Shown here: one piece after another, positions 1 through 9,008 of the stretch | How positions within the stretch are numbered: the first letter of the stretch is position 1 | Layout: each line of letters opens with the position of its first letter | Assembly (NCBI GenBank): GCA_963664825.1 | Contig: OY761614.1 | Span: forward strand, 1,536,001-1,600,000 | Reading direction: 5' to 3' | Origin: an uncultured Holophaga sp. | Lineage (GTDB): Bacteria; Acidobacteriota; Holophagae; Holophagales; Holophagaceae | DNA length: 64,000 nucleotides | Program-made: the position numbers and the translations under genes | The notes under the pieces: generated by a model | The model's input: the letters and a program-made list of their open reading frames with translations, nothing else | Told to the model about the DNA's origin: nothing | The model's database searches: none

Positions 1-71
1 TTGTCGTTTCCGCCGCCACCTGGTTCCACTGGCTAGGGATCACTCCCGCGTTCTGGGCGATGCCTCAATGA
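1..71 (+). CDS. 3' end of an upstream membrane protein, possibly a DASS/SLC13 anion transporter (partial)
   Basis: Frame from base 3 reads VVSAATWFHWLGITPAFWAMPQ* and ends in an ATGA overlap with the next gene. A W-x-x-LG C-terminal helix is typical of DASS transporters. Only 22 codons are visible. Confidence 0.4.
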   Translation, partial: VVSAATWFHWLGITPAFWAMPQ

Positions 72-790
72 AAATTCCGCGCCTGCTCTCCTGCCTCATT
101 TTTGTATACGCCCTGTGCGGCGCAGCGGAAATCAAGTCCTACCATGTGCGCATGGATACGGCCCTGGATGGCACAGGGAAGGGCCTAGCCACGGTCCAGG
201 CTTCGGCCTGTGCTCCAGGGCAGATGAACCTCCCTTTGGGGTTCCCTGGTATCGAGAACCTCAGGCTGGAAGAGGCTCCGGCGGGTGTTCGCCTCGAACT
301 AGGGCCCTTGAATGGCCAAGTCTTGCTGCACGTATTCCTCCCCGAGGGCATTCCATCCGAGACCACGTTCCAGTTTTCATTCACGGTGCGACGGGCCTTC
401 CTCGTGCCAGAACCCGGTCTCGGCGAGAAAACCTCCCTTCCCACAGGCAGTCGTCTCTTCCGCCACGCCTTCGTTAACACCCAAGAGGGAATGATCGGCA
501 GGTACCGGTTCGAGCTCCTCTTTCCAGATGGGATGATGGCCCAAGCCATCCGGGAGCAGCTCCCCAAACCCAAGAAGAACGATGCGGGCCCGCGAGTCCA
601 GCTCTCCAAAATCGGGGGACGCCAGGCGGCAATCCTCCAGTTCACATCCCTCAAGCAGGGAGATGACACCTCGATGTTGGTGGAATTGGTGTCCGAACGG
701 AAGTCCAAAGGCTGGCTCCTGGCGGGGATTGTCCTGGCAGGCCTATACCTCTTCCATTTTCGTGATCTCGTGGCCCGCAAGAAATCTTGA
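68..790 (+). CDS. Hypothetical exported protein with a C-terminal membrane anchor
   Basis: N-terminal signal-like segment (MKIPRLLSCLIFVYALCGA), beta-rich body, and a C-terminal TM helix with a basic tail (GWLLAGIVLAGLYLFHFRDLVARKKS). Confidence 0.7.
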   Translation: MKIPRLLSCLIFVYALCGAAEIKSYHVRMDTALDGTGKGLATVQASACAPGQMNLPLGFPGIENLRLEEAPAGVRLELGPLNGQVLLHVFLPEGIPSETTFQFSFTVRRAFLVPEPGLGEKTSLPTGSRLFRHAFVNTQEGMIGRYRFELLFPDGMMAQAIREQLPKPKKNDAGPRVQLSKIGGRQAAILQFTSLKQGDDTSMLVELVSERKSKGWLLAGIVLAGLYLFHFRDLVARKKS

Positions 791-842
791 ATTCCCATTG
801 CCTTAACACCCGACCGCGAGAGCGGTTGTCCAGGAGAACCAA

Positions 843-2126
843 GTGCTTCCACCCCAAGTCATCCCTTTCCTGCTCACTCTTGCGATCAGCGTCTTGATCG
901 GGATCGGGCTCAGGGATTACTACGAACAGGAGGGGAAGCGCGACACCTTCGGCACGGTCCGAACCTTCGTTTTCATCGGGCTCCTGGGGCTGATGCTCTA
1001 CCAGATTCCCTTCCTTGGCCCCTATGCCTTCCTGCTGGGAATGGTGGTGCTGGCGCCCTTCCTGTTGGTCTACTACAAGAACAAGGTCAGCCAGCGGAAG
1101 AGCCCAGGGCTCATCGGCGTTCTCATCGCGCTCCTCACCTACGCGGTGGGGCCCGTGGCGATCCATCAGCCCCATTGGTACCTGGTCGGTTTCGCCATCT
1201 CGATCCTCTTCATCCTGCATGCCAAGGGGCGCATCCGCCAGCTCACCGATCGCCTGGAGACCGGCGAAGTGGTCACGGCCTGCAAGTTCCTGGCGGTCAC
1301 CGGAGTGATCCTCCCCCTCATCCCAGCCTCCGTGCCTACGACCGGTGTCATGGGGCGGATCTTTGCCATCGTGCCGGTGACACCTCACCAGATCTGGATG
1401 GCTGTGGTGCTGACCATGGCCATCTCCTACCTGGGCTACGTACTTCAGACCTACCTGTACCCCAGGAAGGGTCTCCTGCTCACGGGCGTGCTCGGGGGGC
1501 TCTATTCCAGCACCATGACGGCGATGGTCATCGCCAAACAGACCCGGTCTGACGATGGGAAGGCTCATGAAGCGGCCACTGCCATCCTGATGACCACGCC
1601 GACGATGTTTCTCCGGATTCTCCTCCTGATCGCCGCATTCATGCCCGTGATGGCCCTGCGTCTCCTGCCGCCCTTCCTGATCCTCTCAGGGCTTACGGCG
1701 GGATGGGCCTTTTGGGGATGCCGGAACAAGGCCGCTGAAACCCCGGAGGAGGAACCCGATGTCGTGATGAAGGAGCGCAATCCCCTGGAACTGAACGCCG
1801 CGTTCCTGTTCGCCGTGATGTTCGTTACCGTGGCGCTGGTGACCAAGTACGTCCTGCTCTACTTCCACGATCTCGGGCTTCGCATGCTCTCCTTCCTGGT
1901 CGGCGCTTCCGATATCGTCCCCTTCATCGTGTCCATCCTGCAGGGGAACCTGGGCATCTCCGAGACCCAGATCCTCCAGGCCGTCCTCATCGCGACTGCC
2001 AGCAACAATGTGATGAAGGCCGTCTATGTCTTCCTGTTCGGACACAGGAAGACCGCGAGGCTCTGTGCCATCGGCCTGGGTGGTACGGCCCTGCTTTCCT
2101 TCGGTTACATCGCCCTGATCCGATAG
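843..2126 (+). CDS. MgtC/SapB-family, DUF4010-type polytopic membrane protein (copy 1)
   Basis: GTG start after GGAG. Motifs LIGIGLR, FGTVRTF, GGLYSST, NPLEL and SNNVMK; about 12-13 hydrophobic segments. Confidence 0.8.
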   Translation: MLPPQVIPFLLTLAISVLIGIGLRDYYEQEGKRDTFGTVRTFVFIGLLGLMLYQIPFLGPYAFLLGMVVLAPFLLVYYKNKVSQRKSPGLIGVLIALLTYAVGPVAIHQPHWYLVGFAISILFILHAKGRIRQLTDRLETGEVVTACKFLAVTGVILPLIPASVPTTGVMGRIFAIVPVTPHQIWMAVVLTMAISYLGYVLQTYLYPRKGLLLTGVLGGLYSSTMTAMVIAKQTRSDDGKAHEAATAILMTTPTMFLRILLLIAAFMPVMALRLLPPFLILSGLTAGWAFWGCRNKAAETPEEEPDVVMKERNPLELNAAFLFAVMFVTVALVTKYVLLYFHDLGLRMLSFLVGASDIVPFIVSILQGNLGISETQILQAVLIATASNNVMKAVYVFLFGHRKTARLCAIGLGGTALLSFGYIALIR

Positions 2127-2216
2127 TTCGGGGCGCTTCCGCGATCCGCTTTCAACCTGGGCCCGAGCCACTGTCCGCGGTCCATTTCTTCACACTCAAT
2201 TCCAAGGAGAACTCTC

Positions 2217-2855
2217 ATGGCCGATCCTTTTGCCAAGAACGCTGCCACATCCGCCGAAGATGCTGCCAAGATCATTCCTCGCGCCGAGTTTAGGGTCTTC
2301 GGACAGGGCGTCATCGATCTCGTGAAAGAGAAGATGTGGAACGGGAAGACCTTGCTCTACCAAGCCCGGCGCATGCCGATTGAGACTTATTTCCTCAGCG
2401 CCAAGACCAACGAAGCGAATGTGAAGGTTCGTGACGGGCTATTGGACATCAAGACCAAGGTGGGTGAGACCCCGGAAGGCTACGAGATCTTCCAGCCCCG
2501 GGGCAAGTTCCAGTTTCCGGTCAAGAAGGAAGACCTGGTCACGATCTTGTCCCATCTAAAGGTGGAGATGGATCTTCGGCAGGAGAGCTATACGATCGAT
2601 GAATTCATCGCGATGGTTCGAAAGCACGCCGACCTAGCACCGGTTTCTGTTGAGAAGATGCGCTACGGCTTTACCATCGAGGGCATCATCTGCGAGTACG
2701 CTCAAGTGTGGTTGAACGGCGCCCTGGTCGAGACCGCGTGCGCCGAGAGTGAGAACTACGCGGGCATGAAGCAGGTCGTGGAAGGACTGGGCCTTGCTGC
2801 GATGCCGAACACCAACTATCTCCGCGCCGCCAAGCGCGTCGTGGGCATGGAGTAG
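2217..2855 (+). CDS. CYTH-like (triphosphate tunnel fold) protein
   Basis: AAGGAG RBS. Pattern R-x-E-F-R ... ETYF ... VKVR ... IKTK ... EK-x-R ... E ... E-S-E resembles the CYTH strand/charge pattern (inference). Confidence 0.55.
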   Translation: MADPFAKNAATSAEDAAKIIPRAEFRVFGQGVIDLVKEKMWNGKTLLYQARRMPIETYFLSAKTNEANVKVRDGLLDIKTKVGETPEGYEIFQPRGKFQFPVKKEDLVTILSHLKVEMDLRQESYTIDEFIAMVRKHADLAPVSVEKMRYGFTIEGIICEYAQVWLNGALVETACAESENYAGMKQVVEGLGLAAMPNTNYLRAAKRVVGME

Positions 2856-2942
2856 GAGTCCTATGTCTAAGAGAAGGAGGGCTCCGCGCCCCCCTTCCCT
2901 TAGACGTGTCAAGCTCAATACACCCCCCTTCCGGAGTCCTCG

Positions 2943-4274
2943 TTGCTTCCACCCCAAGTCACCCCCTTCCTGCTCACCCTGGCCATTGGCGCGCTGATCG
3001 GCATCGGCCTGCGGGAATACTACGAGGGTGAGGGCAAGTTCGATACCTTCGGGTCCGTGCGCACCTTCGTGTTCATCGCGCTGCTGGGCTTCATGCTCTA
3101 TCAGATCCCCGGCATGGGGAATGCCGCCTTCCTGTTGGGGCTGGCGGCACTGGTCCCATTCCTGCTGATCTATTACAACAACAAGGTGCGCCAGAAGAAG
3201 AGCCCAGGCCTCATTGGCGTGCTCATCGCCCTCCTGACCTATACCACGGGGCCTGTGGCCATCCATCTCCCCCACTGGTTCCTGGTGCTCTTCGGTGTCT
3301 CGATCCTCTTCGTGCTCCATTCCAAGGGGCGGATCCGGCAGTTCACGGACCGTCTGGAGACGGGCGAAGTCGTCACGGTCTGCAAGTTCCTGGCGATCGC
3401 GGTGGTGGTGATGCCCCTCATCCCTGCCATTCCGCCCACCTCGGGGTGGGTAGGGCATGTCTTCTCCATTCTCCCCGTGACGCCCCGGCATATCTGGGCC
3501 GCCGTGGTTATCACCACCGCCATCTCCTACCTGGGATACGTGCTTCAGACCTACCTATTCCCCCGCAAGGGAATGCTGCTTACGGGCTTGGTGGGAGGAG
3601 TCTATTCGAGCACCGTTACCGTGTTGGTGCTGGCCAAGAAATCCAAGCGCAACCCGGGTCATGATCGGGAGGCCGCGGCCTCCATCTTGCTGGCGGTGAG
3701 CATGATGTACCTCCGGCTGCTCGTATTGATCGCCATCTTCCGCTTCCACATGGCGCTGGAGGTGGGGCCGGCCCTCCTGGTGCTGGCGGCGCTGGCGGCG
3801 GGTTACGCCCTGTGGGTGCGCCGGGATCCCAAGGCCTTTCCGGACCCGGAGATCCCGGGGACTGAGCCCCTTGCGGGGGCAGCTCCCGCAGTGCCAGGAG
3901 AGCCAACGGAACCCGCCCTGCGGAAAAATCCCCTGGAGATCAATTCCGCGCTCTTCTTCGCCTTCATGTTCGTGGCGACCTCTCTGGCGACCAAATATGT
4001 CCTGGTCTACTTCAAGGAGCTCGGTCTGCGGATGCTGTCATTCGTGGTGGGCTGTTCGGATATCACGCCCTTCGTGGTCTCTGTATTGCAGGGCAATCTG
4101 GGAATCGGCACGCCTCAGATCCTGCAGGCCATCATCATTGCCAGCGCCAGCAACAATATGCTCAAGGTGGCTTACGCGTATCTGTTCGGCACCCGTCGTA
4201 CCGCCAATCTGGCGGCGGTGGCCATGGTCTTCCTGGCGGTGATTTCAGTCCTCTACGCCCTGGTGGCCATCTAG
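2943..4274 (+). CDS. MgtC/SapB-family, DUF4010-type polytopic membrane protein (copy 2)
   Basis: TTG start after GGAG. Colinear and highly similar to 843..2126 (shared KSPGLIGVLIALLTY, TDRLETGEVVT, AISYLGYVLQTYL). Confidence 0.8.
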   Translation: MLPPQVTPFLLTLAIGALIGIGLREYYEGEGKFDTFGSVRTFVFIALLGFMLYQIPGMGNAAFLLGLAALVPFLLIYYNNKVRQKKSPGLIGVLIALLTYTTGPVAIHLPHWFLVLFGVSILFVLHSKGRIRQFTDRLETGEVVTVCKFLAIAVVVMPLIPAIPPTSGWVGHVFSILPVTPRHIWAAVVITTAISYLGYVLQTYLFPRKGMLLTGLVGGVYSSTVTVLVLAKKSKRNPGHDREAAASILLAVSMMYLRLLVLIAIFRFHMALEVGPALLVLAALAAGYALWVRRDPKAFPDPEIPGTEPLAGAAPAVPGEPTEPALRKNPLEINSALFFAFMFVATSLATKYVLVYFKELGLRMLSFVVGCSDITPFVVSVLQGNLGIGTPQILQAIIIASASNNMLKVAYAYLFGTRRTANLAAVAMVFLAVISVLYALVAI

Positions 4275-4296
4275 TTTCAAGTGATCGGAAGTCTTC

Positions 4297-5313
4297 ATGA
4301 AATCCAGAGTTCTTATCCTCTTCGTTCTTCTTGCCCTGGGGCTCGATGCGAAGGTACCTCTTCCTGTCTTCACCGTCCTAGAGACAGGCAAGACTCCTTC
4401 ATTCTCGAGGAGCGGCCCCCGCCGCCAGGATTTGAGCGCCGCCGTCTGTGTCGATGGACGGGCCTACCTGGCCTATGATGGCGGAGCAAACTCGGAGCAT
4501 CCCGAGATCCGCGTGGCTCCTCTTTCAGGGATCCAGCAAGAAAGCGTTCCGCTGCATAGGGTGGTTGGCCAGAAGGATCTCGAAGGAATGACCTTTCACG
4601 GGGGGCGGTTCTATGTGGTCTCTGCGCTTTCCCAGGCCGATGAGGACATGGAGGCCTTTCGGCTACTGACAGAATTCTCCCTGGATCCCACGGGGCGCTT
4701 TGTGCGGAATGAACGTTCCGTGGTGATTCGAGATCTACTCCTGGAATCCCTGAAATCGCTTCCCGACGAGGGCTGGTACTCGCGAGTCGCAGCCACTTTC
4801 GGCGTAAAGGGGGGGCTCAATGTCGAGGGTATCTCCTGGGTACCGGATCAGCCCGAGACCCTCGTCATCGGTTTGCGCTCGCCCCTCTGGGGAACCTCTT
4901 TCGGGGATCCCACGTTTGGTAAAGCCTTTGCCCTAGATCGCGGGCAGGCAATCCTCGCCTTTGTGACTCGTCCCTTTTCGGATCGACCCACCCTGCGATT
5001 GGAAACGCTCGATCTGGAGGGAAAGGGGGTGCGGGACATCCAGTACATTCCCGATTTGGGAGGCTACTTGGTGATCGGAGGACCCGTGGATAGGGCCGCA
5101 GGCTTTTCGCTGTGGTTGTATCGAGGGAGCGGCAAGCCCGAGCGCATCCCTATCCCCGAATTCGAAGGTCTCTGCCGTCCCGAGGCCATCATGGCCGTTC
5201 CGGGATGTCAGGAACTCTATATCTTCAGCGAGGAGGGAGGGGCCTTCTGTGAAGCACCCGCCTATACATACGTGCGCCTGGGATACCGTTTCGTAGCAGA
5301 GGCACGAAAATGA
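4297..5313 (+). CDS. Exported DUF3616-like beta-propeller protein
   Basis: Signal peptide. Motifs DLEG, GLNVEGI, IGLRSP, LDLEGKGVRDI, YLVIGGP and RPEAI. Confidence 0.6.
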   Translation: MKSRVLILFVLLALGLDAKVPLPVFTVLETGKTPSFSRSGPRRQDLSAAVCVDGRAYLAYDGGANSEHPEIRVAPLSGIQQESVPLHRVVGQKDLEGMTFHGGRFYVVSALSQADEDMEAFRLLTEFSLDPTGRFVRNERSVVIRDLLLESLKSLPDEGWYSRVAATFGVKGGLNVEGISWVPDQPETLVIGLRSPLWGTSFGDPTFGKAFALDRGQAILAFVTRPFSDRPTLRLETLDLEGKGVRDIQYIPDLGGYLVIGGPVDRAAGFSLWLYRGSGKPERIPIPEFEGLCRPEAIMAVPGCQELYIFSEEGGAFCEAPAYTYVRLGYRFVAEARK

Positions 5314-6885
5314 TCCGCATCAGTGCCTTCAAGCCCACCCGTCTCCGAGGCAAATTCCTACTGCTCTTCTGGAGTCAGATGATCCTGCTGGGACTGGTCT
5401 TTGTGCTGGGATATGCCGCACTGAACCGCCTCAGGAGCGGACAGATCGAACTGGGGGGGAATCTGCCGAAGGCGGCCGTTGCGGCCCAGGTCCTTCACGA
5501 TTCGGATGCGCTAAGGGTGATCCACGTCTCCCTGATTGGGGGCGGGCGCAATGTCGAATATGTCGACAAGCGGCTCAAACGCCTGAAGGAAGTGGAAGGA
5601 ATGCTGACGGCTTCCCTGGTCGACGGCCGAACGCGAAAAGATCGACAGCATCGTCTCGGGAATGCGGCGCTACATGGAGGCCTTTCCACCCCTGCTGGAG
5701 AAGGCCAAGGGGGCCACTGCGGATGAACTGCCCGAGTTGATCGAAGCCAATACCTCCTTTCGGAGGGAGGCCTACAACCTCCTCCTCAAGCTCCTGCCCG
5801 AGATCCAAGCCAAGGGTGAATCCCAGGTGGCGCTGGACCTCCGTGCCAGTGGGCTCAGCCAAGCCTGGATGCTGGCCGGTCTTGCAATGGCCGTGTTCTT
5901 GGGCCTGGGCATCACGAGGGTGGTGAGCCGCCAGGTGCATCGCCAGGCCGAGGCGTTGACGGGTAGCATGACGGCTCTGGCTCATGGGGATCTGACCCAT
6001 GTCTGCAGGATCACGACACAGGATGAACTCGGAGAGGCTGGTGAGAGCTTGAACCGGGTCCAACAGCAATTGAGAGAGGATATCCGGGCCATCGCAGAGG
6101 CCACGGATCAGACGGCCTCCTCCGCTGCGGAGCTGGCTGCCACCTCCAGCGAGATTAATCATGCCACCGAGGACATCAGTCGTTCGGCCCAGGCACAGCG
6201 GCAGATCATGGCCCAGAGTTCCCAGATCCTGAGCGGGATGTCTCGGATCGTAGGCACGGTGCAGGCCGACACGAAGCGTTTGGAGGAACTGGCGGGCTCC
6301 ACCAAACAGGCCAGCAGCGCCGGGCGGGAAGGCGCCGGTGAACTGGATCAGGCCATGGGTGCGATCCTTGAGAGCTCTCAGCGGGTGGGACGCATCACGG
6401 GCGTCATCGCCGATATTGCCCGGCAGACCAATCTGCTCTCGCTCAATGCCGCCATTGAGGCGGCCAAGGCGGGGTCCCAGGGAAAAGGCTTCGCCGTGGT
6501 GGCCGAGGAGATCCGGAAACTCGCCGAGCGCTCCGCTCAGGCCGCCAAAGAAATCGCGGTGCTCATCCAGGAGAGTTCCGAAAGGGTCCGGATGGGATCC
6601 GCTGCCGTGGGCCGCGTGAGCGGAAGCCTGGGGGAAATCGTGGCCTTCGTGGATGAGAATGGTCACCGGGTGCGGGAGATCGCTACCGCCATGGATGCAC
6701 AGGCCAATCAGAACCAGGAGTTGGTGGGCTGCATGGATTCCGCCACGGGATTGACGGAGCGCAACGCATCTGCCACCGCCCAGTTGGCCGCTGCCATGCA
6801 CGAGACCTCCCTGACCGTGGAACATCTGGCCCATCTGGCCTCGCGCCTTCATCGCCAGATCGAGCGCTTCAAGACAGAGGGCTGA
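5310..6885 (+). pseudogene. Methyl-accepting chemotaxis protein, split by a frameshift near 5610-5620
   Basis: TM1 and the start of the sensor domain are in frame 5310. The rest of the sensor, TM2, HAMP and the signalling domain ([38 protein letters not shown]) are in frame 5662. Confidence 0.75.
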
Positions 6886-6923
6886 AGCGGTCAAGGGCAT
6901 AATGAGGTTTTACAAGGCCCTGG

Positions 6924-8036
6924 ATGATTTCTTCCCTGCGTCTCCGTGCTCTGCCCTACGCCCTAGGCATCCTGGTTTGGGCCCTGGGCCCCTGCCTGGT
7001 GGCCCAGGCGTTGCCCACCACTGCGGTCGTTGGGTCGGTTGATGTCGACGACGGTCCCCATGTGATCTGGAAGGGGTCCCGGTCCCAGGTCTTCAGGATT
7101 CGTGGGGGGCGATTGGAGGTGGAAGCAGCCCAGGGGCGCGTGATCTTGGCCCTGCCCGGAGTCGCCGCAAGCCCCCTCGTGCTGAGGCCTGCTAAGCCGC
7201 TCCCTGCCCGGGCCGTCTTCCCGGGGCCTTCGAAGATACTGGCCCTGAGCGATATCCACGGCCGTTTCGACAGGATGCTGGAACTGCTCAAGGCCCACGG
7301 GGTGGTGGATGATCGCCTGCGATGGACCTTCGGCCACGGCCATCTGGTGATCCTGGGGGATGTCATGGACCGGGGCCCAGGGGTGACGGAATCCCTGTGG
7401 TTTCTCAAGGCCCTGGAAGGGGCGGCCCGGAAGGAGGGGGGCTGGGTCCATGTCCTGCTCGGCAATCACGAAACCATGGTGGCCTCCGGCGATCTCCGCT
7501 ACCTCCACCGGAAGTACGCTGGAAAGATCCCAGGCCTGCCTTCCCAGCCGGAGCTCTATGGCCCGGAATCCGAACTGGGACGCTGGCTCCGGAGCCTTCC
7601 CGTCCTCCTCAAGTTGGGGGACTTCCTCTTCGTCCATGGAGGGATCTCTCCGGAACTCCTGGCCAGTGGCCTGGACCTCCAGCGGATCAATGCCTGCTTC
7701 CGCAGCGCCTTCGGTCTCCGGGCCCGCCAGGCGGAAGGCGAGGTTGCGCTGCTGCTGGGCTCTAGCGGACCGGTCTGGTACCGGGGCCTGCTGGCCCCGG
7801 GGGGGAGGCCCTCCTCCACGGAAGAAGAAGTCGATCAGGTCCTGGCCCGTTTCCAGGTCAAGGCCCTCGTGGTGGGACACACTTCCCTGGAGCATGTGAC
7901 GGCCTTCCACGAGGGGAAGGTGTTCGGCATCGATGCCGGGATCCAGGAGGGCCGCCCAGGAGAGGCGTGGATCTGGGAAAAGGGGCGCGCCTGGCGAGGG
8001 ACGGCGGAGGGCGGGCGCGAAGCGCTTCAGCCCTGA
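6924..8036 (+). CDS. Exported calcineurin-like metallophosphoesterase (Shewanella-like phosphatase type)
   Basis: SDIHG, GDVMDRG, GNHE, HGG, GHT and IDAG motifs; N-terminal signal-like segment. Confidence 0.85.
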   Translation: MISSLRLRALPYALGILVWALGPCLVAQALPTTAVVGSVDVDDGPHVIWKGSRSQVFRIRGGRLEVEAAQGRVILALPGVAASPLVLRPAKPLPARAVFPGPSKILALSDIHGRFDRMLELLKAHGVVDDRLRWTFGHGHLVILGDVMDRGPGVTESLWFLKALEGAARKEGGWVHVLLGNHETMVASGDLRYLHRKYAGKIPGLPSQPELYGPESELGRWLRSLPVLLKLGDFLFVHGGISPELLASGLDLQRINACFRSAFGLRARQAEGEVALLLGSSGPVWYRGLLAPGGRPSSTEEEVDQVLARFQVKALVVGHTSLEHVTAFHEGKVFGIDAGIQEGRPGEAWIWEKGRAWRGTAEGGREALQP

Positions 8037-8040
8037 AGGA

Positions 8041-8478
8041 TCATTCCAGGCGATCGGCCGGGATGTGCTGGTTCTGCCGTTCATCCAGCCATTCCTGGAG
8101 CAGGACGGCGGCGGCCGCCGCATCCAGCTTGGCCTTGCGGTCCTTGGCCTTCACGCCCCGCTGGGCCAGGAGGCGCTCGGCCTCCATGCTGGTGAGGTGC
8201 TCGTCCAGGAAGCGCAAGGGGAGTCCCGTGCGGGCGGCCAGGGCTTCCCCGAAGGTCCGGGCCAGGGGGGCCGTGGCCGATTCCGTGCCGTCCTTGTGGC
8301 GGGGCAGGCCCACCAGCAGGCCCTGGACGCCTTCGGTCTTGGCGAGGGTCACCAGCTTCTCCAGGGTGGCTTCCTCCTCCATGGGCCACACCGCGAAGGG
8401 CGAAGCCAGGAGCTCCAACTCGTCGCTGAAGGCGAGGCCGATTTTCTTGGTGCCATGATCGATAGAGAGCCAGCGCAT
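8041..8478 (-). CDS. ruvX: Holliday junction resolvase-like RuvX/YqgF
   Basis: IDHGTKKIGLA, VGLP, DEHLTS and DAAAAAVLLQ motifs. Confidence 0.92.
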   Translation of the reverse strand: MRWLSIDHGTKKIGLAFSDELELLASPFAVWPMEEEATLEKLVTLAKTEGVQGLLVGLPRHKDGTESATAPLARTFGEALAARTGLPLRFLDEHLTSMEAERLLAQRGVKAKDRKAKLDAAAAAVLLQEWLDERQNQHIPADRLE

Positions 8479-8495
8479 CCTGCCATCCTATCGGC

Positions 8496-9008
8496 ATGGA
8501 CGGGTGGACGCGCTTTCAAACGAAGTTTGGTTGGATGGCTCTGGCCTGGAATACCAGGGGGCTCTGTCGGCTTTGCCTCACGGGTCCCGAGCGGCCTGAG
8601 ATCGAGGAGGGCCCCGTGCCGGAATGGGTGCGGGCCGCCGTTGCAGTGTTGACCCGTCACCTGGGCGGCGAGGCCGTGGACCTGGCAGGCCTGCCCCTCG
8701 ATCTCCAAGGACTCTCCCCCTTCGCGCGTCGGGTGCTGGAGGCCCTTAGGGGAACCCGGCCAGGGGAGGTGCTCACCTACGGCCAGCTGGCCCGATTGGC
8801 GGGGTCTCCCGGAGCGGCCAGGGCCGTGGGCCAGGTGATGGCCCATAATCCCCTGCCCATCCTCATCCCCTGTCACCGGGTGGTGGCGGCCCATGGCCCC
8901 GGCGGCTTCAGCCTCTTCGGCAGCCTGGAGACCAAGGAGCGCCTGATGGCGCTGGAGGCCCCAGCCGGTGAGATACTTGGAGCCCATGGCGCACCCTCTC
9001 CCCGATGA
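8496..9008 (+). CDS. ogt: Methylated-DNA--protein-cysteine methyltransferase
   Basis: TYGQLA, ARAVG and NPLPILIPCHRVV active-site motif. Confidence 0.92.
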   Translation: MDGWTRFQTKFGWMALAWNTRGLCRLCLTGPERPEIEEGPVPEWVRAAVAVLTRHLGGEAVDLAGLPLDLQGLSPFARRVLEALRGTRPGEVLTYGQLARLAGSPGAARAVGQVMAHNPLPILIPCHRVVAAHGPGGFSLFGSLETKERLMALEAPAGEILGAHGAPSPR

